The position numbers and the translations under genes were made by a program. This document shows, piece by piece, positions 26,127-28,411 of a DNA stretch of 28,411 nucleotides. Under the pieces are notes generated by a model. That model was not told the DNA's origin, made no database searches, and saw only the letters and a list, made by a program, of their open reading frames with translations. Origin of the DNA: Candidatus Thorarchaeota archaeon. Lineage in GTDB: Archaea; Asgardarchaeota; Thorarchaeia; Thorarchaeales; Thorarchaeaceae. How positions within the stretch are numbered: position 1 is the first letter of the stretch; the number at the start of each line of letters is the position of its first letter. The stretch lies in assembly GCA_016839445.1 (NCBI GenBank), contig JAEOUG010000004.1, positions 1 to 28,411 of the forward strand, written 5' to 3'.

Positions 26127-26990
26127 ATGCCCGATACACTCGATTCTATCATGAAAGAGATCCGAGAGCGTATCAACACGGAGGACGAGGTCACAACCGT
26201 TTCTCAAGATGATGTTGAGGCACTCAAGGAGGCGACCGTTGTTGTCATGCCTGCGGGTGGCAAGGGTCAGCGCATCAGGGCAGAAACTCAGAGTGAGCAG
26301 ATAAACAAGGTCATGGTCAGTGTCGATGGCAAGGTGAGCATGATTGAGAAGACAGTCAAGGACTATTCTGATGCAGGCATCACGAAATTCGCTGTACTGA
26401 CAGGCTTCCTCGCAGAGAAGGTTGAGGAACACCTAGGCGACGGCTCACGATGGGGTGTTGAGATCAGGTACTCTCAGGACCCTGAGGGCAGGAAGGTGGG
26501 GAACGCAGGAGCAATTCTCCATGCGCTGAACAACGGCACAATCGGCGAGAACTGCACCTCCATCATACACAATCCTGATGACATGGTCATCGGACTCTCC
26601 CGCCCCTATGCGGATGTCTTCCTCGAGGGCCACCTCAAAGGCCGAAAGAACGGCTGCATTGGGACCTTTGTAGTGGTTCCAGAGACCCCGTTCCAATACT
26701 CCGGGTTGGTCATAGAGAAGGGAAAGGTGCGAGACATCTCCAAGTATCCGCCAATCGCCGTTCCCGCACACACAGGCATCACGATATTTGACCCTGCAGT
26801 CTATGACTACTTCAAGCGCCTTGTGTCGCTTGAGATCGAGTCGTCTTTCGAGAACGTGGTGTGTCCGGTCATTGCAGGGGAGGGCCGGCTCTATGCAATT
26901 AACATCCCCTCCGGTACTTGGATCCCCGTGAATAACCTGAAGGGTCTGGAACAGGCGGCGAATGCCCTGAAGGCCCTTGGGGAGAGATGA
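26127..26990 (+). CDS. Sugar-phosphate nucleotidyltransferase (NTP_transferase family)
   Basis: VMPAGGKGQR...NKVM, HLGDGSRWGVEIRYS, GNAGA, NPDD; no left-handed beta-helix tail. Confidence 0.85.
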   Translation: MPDTLDSIMKEIRERINTEDEVTTVSQDDVEALKEATVVVMPAGGKGQRIRAETQSEQINKVMVSVDGKVSMIEKTVKDYSDAGITKFAVLTGFLAEKVEEHLGDGSRWGVEIRYSQDPEGRKVGNAGAILHALNNGTIGENCTSIIHNPDDMVIGLSRPYADVFLEGHLKGRKNGCIGTFVVVPETPFQYSGLVIEKGKVRDISKYPPIAVPAHTGITIFDPAVYDYFKRLVSLEIESSFENVVCPVIAGEGRLYAINIPSGTWIPVNNLKGLEQAANALKALGER

Positions 26991-26996
26991 TGCGTC

Positions 26997-27476
26997 TTGC
27001 TACGACGCAAGAAGGAGTCAATCAAAGGCATCACTGCTCTGGTGGTGTTCCTTGCTCTGATTGTAGTCTTCAGCTACACTTTTCCTCACTCCACTGAGCA
27101 GGCCGGGTACACGGTCATCGGCATTGGACGACTAGAAGAAGACCCTCTTCCACTTGAAGGGGCGAATGTGTCTTCTTCTGCAACAATCCTTAGTGTTCAC
27201 GACAATGGCTCTGTGTTCGTGGTAGGCATCGGTGAGGAAACAGAGCTCATCTTCCGTCCGCCGTTGCAGCCCCCAGAAGTCGGCGAGAGGATACTGTTTA
27301 GGGGAACAAGCTGGGTTGCCACCAATGGATCGATTGTGGTGCATCAGTTCAATGCAATAGACCCGAATAGCTCGCTCATCCGGTCTGTTCCGGGGATTCT
27401 CATCTTTGCGCTGTTGTTCTTCATCACATACTCAATAGACACAGACCGTCTGGCATTCATCAGGAGGGGTGAGTAG
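26997..27476 (+). CDS. Membrane protein: N- and C-terminal TM helices around a possible OB-fold-like domain
   Basis: The ORF track labels this '-', but the given peptide reads on the + strand (TTG CTA CGA CGC AAG AAG at 26997; GAG TAG at 27471-27476). It sits 6 bp after the upstream gene and 2 bp before the downstream gene, both on +. Confidence 0.75.
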   Translation: MLRRKKESIKGITALVVFLALIVVFSYTFPHSTEQAGYTVIGIGRLEEDPLPLEGANVSSSATILSVHDNGSVFVVGIGEETELIFRPPLQPPEVGERILFRGTSWVATNGSIVVHQFNAIDPNSSLIRSVPGILIFALLFFITYSIDTDRLAFIRRGE

Positions 27477-27478
27477 GC

Positions 27479-28003
27479 ATGCCTGATGTCACGACCCACC
27501 TCCTGGTAGGAGCGGCGCTTGCTTTGCTTCTTCGTAAAGACGGACCCAGGTCCGAGCAGATGCTCGTCATCATAGGAGCTGTCATCATCGATGCTGAGCG
27601 CCCATTCTCGTGGTTATTGCGTGGCACCGCCTTGGAGTGGGTTGATCTGGTTTCTGGATTCCATTCCATTCTTGGCGCAGTTGCACTAGCCTACGTCACT
27701 GCCGCCTTCATTGCCGTGGATGGGACCACAACAAGGAGCAGGTTCGCTCTGGTGCTAATCGGTTGTGCAAGCCACCTCATCATGGACATGATGATGTATC
27801 CTTGGGCGGAGCTCGGAATCTACGTCCTCTACCCCCTCAAGGTTGCCTTCTCCTTCCACCTCCTGTGGCCTGATTTCGCCTTCTATCCCTTGATTGGGCT
27901 TGCGATATTCGGCCTTGTGGCTCTCTACAGATACCCAACCATCAGACAGGCAATTCTCAACGCAAGAAGAGGTACACAGGCCTCTAGTCAGACTGGCCCA
28001 TGA
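27479..28003 (+). CDS. Membrane-bound metal-dependent hydrolase (YdjM/DUF457-like)
   Basis: TTH, IIDAE, FHSI, SHLIMD motif series within TM helices. Confidence 0.82.
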   Translation: MPDVTTHLLVGAALALLLRKDGPRSEQMLVIIGAVIIDAERPFSWLLRGTALEWVDLVSGFHSILGAVALAYVTAAFIAVDGTTTRSRFALVLIGCASHLIMDMMMYPWAELGIYVLYPLKVAFSFHLLWPDFAFYPLIGLAIFGLVALYRYPTIRQAILNARRGTQASSQTGP

Positions 28004-28409
28004 TTCTTCTGATGACCTGCTTTGCTTCCAAGGGTCCCGAGACCTGAATCCACGGAATTCCTAGCCTCTTCACAGTCTCATCGTTTCCTCCCTCATAGAG
28101 GGCGTCCCCGACGAAGAGATAGGAACTGAGCGAGAGATTGGGCATGGCTTCCATGACTCTCTCAACGGCACGGGCCTTGTCGAATCCCTTGCGATTGACA
28201 TCGATGGATGTAGTTCCTCCCACACGCACGTCAAACTCGGGAAGGAGGTCGTCCAGGTGCTTCTTGATACGCATCCGGATCTTCTGATCGGGATCATAGG
28301 CTGCCTTGAGATCCAGTGGCGCCTTTTGACCCAGTGCTGAGAACGTGACCTGCCCACCTCGGTCCTCAATGATCTCTCCATAGGTCGGGTTGTGAGGGGT
28401 CCATTCGGA
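27984..28409 (-). CDS. HAD-IIB phosphomannomutase-like protein, C-terminal part (5'-truncated by the window)
   Basis: Frame is open to the window edge: GEIIEDRGGQVTFSALGQKAP...YDPD...GGTTSIDV...GFDK...FVGDALYEGGND, which matches the PMM (Sec53/PMM2-like) motif series. Confidence 0.85.
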   Translation of the reverse strand, partial: SEWTPHNPTYGEIIEDRGGQVTFSALGQKAPLDLKAAYDPDQKIRMRIKKHLDDLLPEFDVRVGGTTSIDVNRKGFDKARAVERVMEAMPNLSLSSYLFVGDALYEGGNDETVKRLGIPWIQVSGPLEAKQVIRRIMGQSD

Positions 28410-28411
28410 CC

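Noticed and set aside
1-28411. Mobile elements, CRISPR arrays, tandem repeats, SECIS elements
   Set aside because: No transposase, integrase or repeat-spacer periodicity seen; intergenic gaps are under 200 bp; no called gene needs TGA read-through.

Overview
Gene-dense archaeal window with no mobile element, CRISPR array or RNA gene that I can support. The archaeal-type LeuRS tail, Mvh/Vhu hydrogenase, AOR-family tungstoenzymes, orphan histidine kinases and GGTGA/GGAG ribosome-binding sites fit an anaerobic archaeon, possibly Asgard/Thorarchaeia (inference). Contents in order: 3' end of leuS; a membrane sensor kinase; an mvhD-G-A [NiFe]-hydrogenase operon whose large subunit stops before the C-terminal Ni-binding DPCxxC motif, with no vhuU nearby; two small divergent CxxC proteins; then an ~19 kb region holding two ferredoxin+AOR-family oxidoreductase pairs, MoaD/SAMP, a hydantoinase/allantoinase-like cyclic amidohydrolase, a PfkB kinase, an M24 peptidase, a PreA-like flavin/Fe-S enzyme with a non-canonical active-site loop, a CLC-CBS protein, a PAS kinase, a nucleobase-deaminase-like amidohydrolase, an ABC exporter and a YgeW-like carbamoyltransferase that has lost its catalytic motifs; finally PflX-like radical SAM, hypC, a sugar-phosphate nucleotidyltransferase, two membrane proteins and a partial HAD-type phosphomannomutase. 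Best hypothesis: an undescribed archaeal anaerobic nucleobase (purine/pyrimidine) degradation system that uses AOR-family (probably tungsten) enzymes where the bacterial ygeW/hyuA/ssnA/ygfK/xdh cluster uses xanthine-dehydrogenase-family enzymes. The ORF track gives the wrong strand for 26997..27476; it reads on +.
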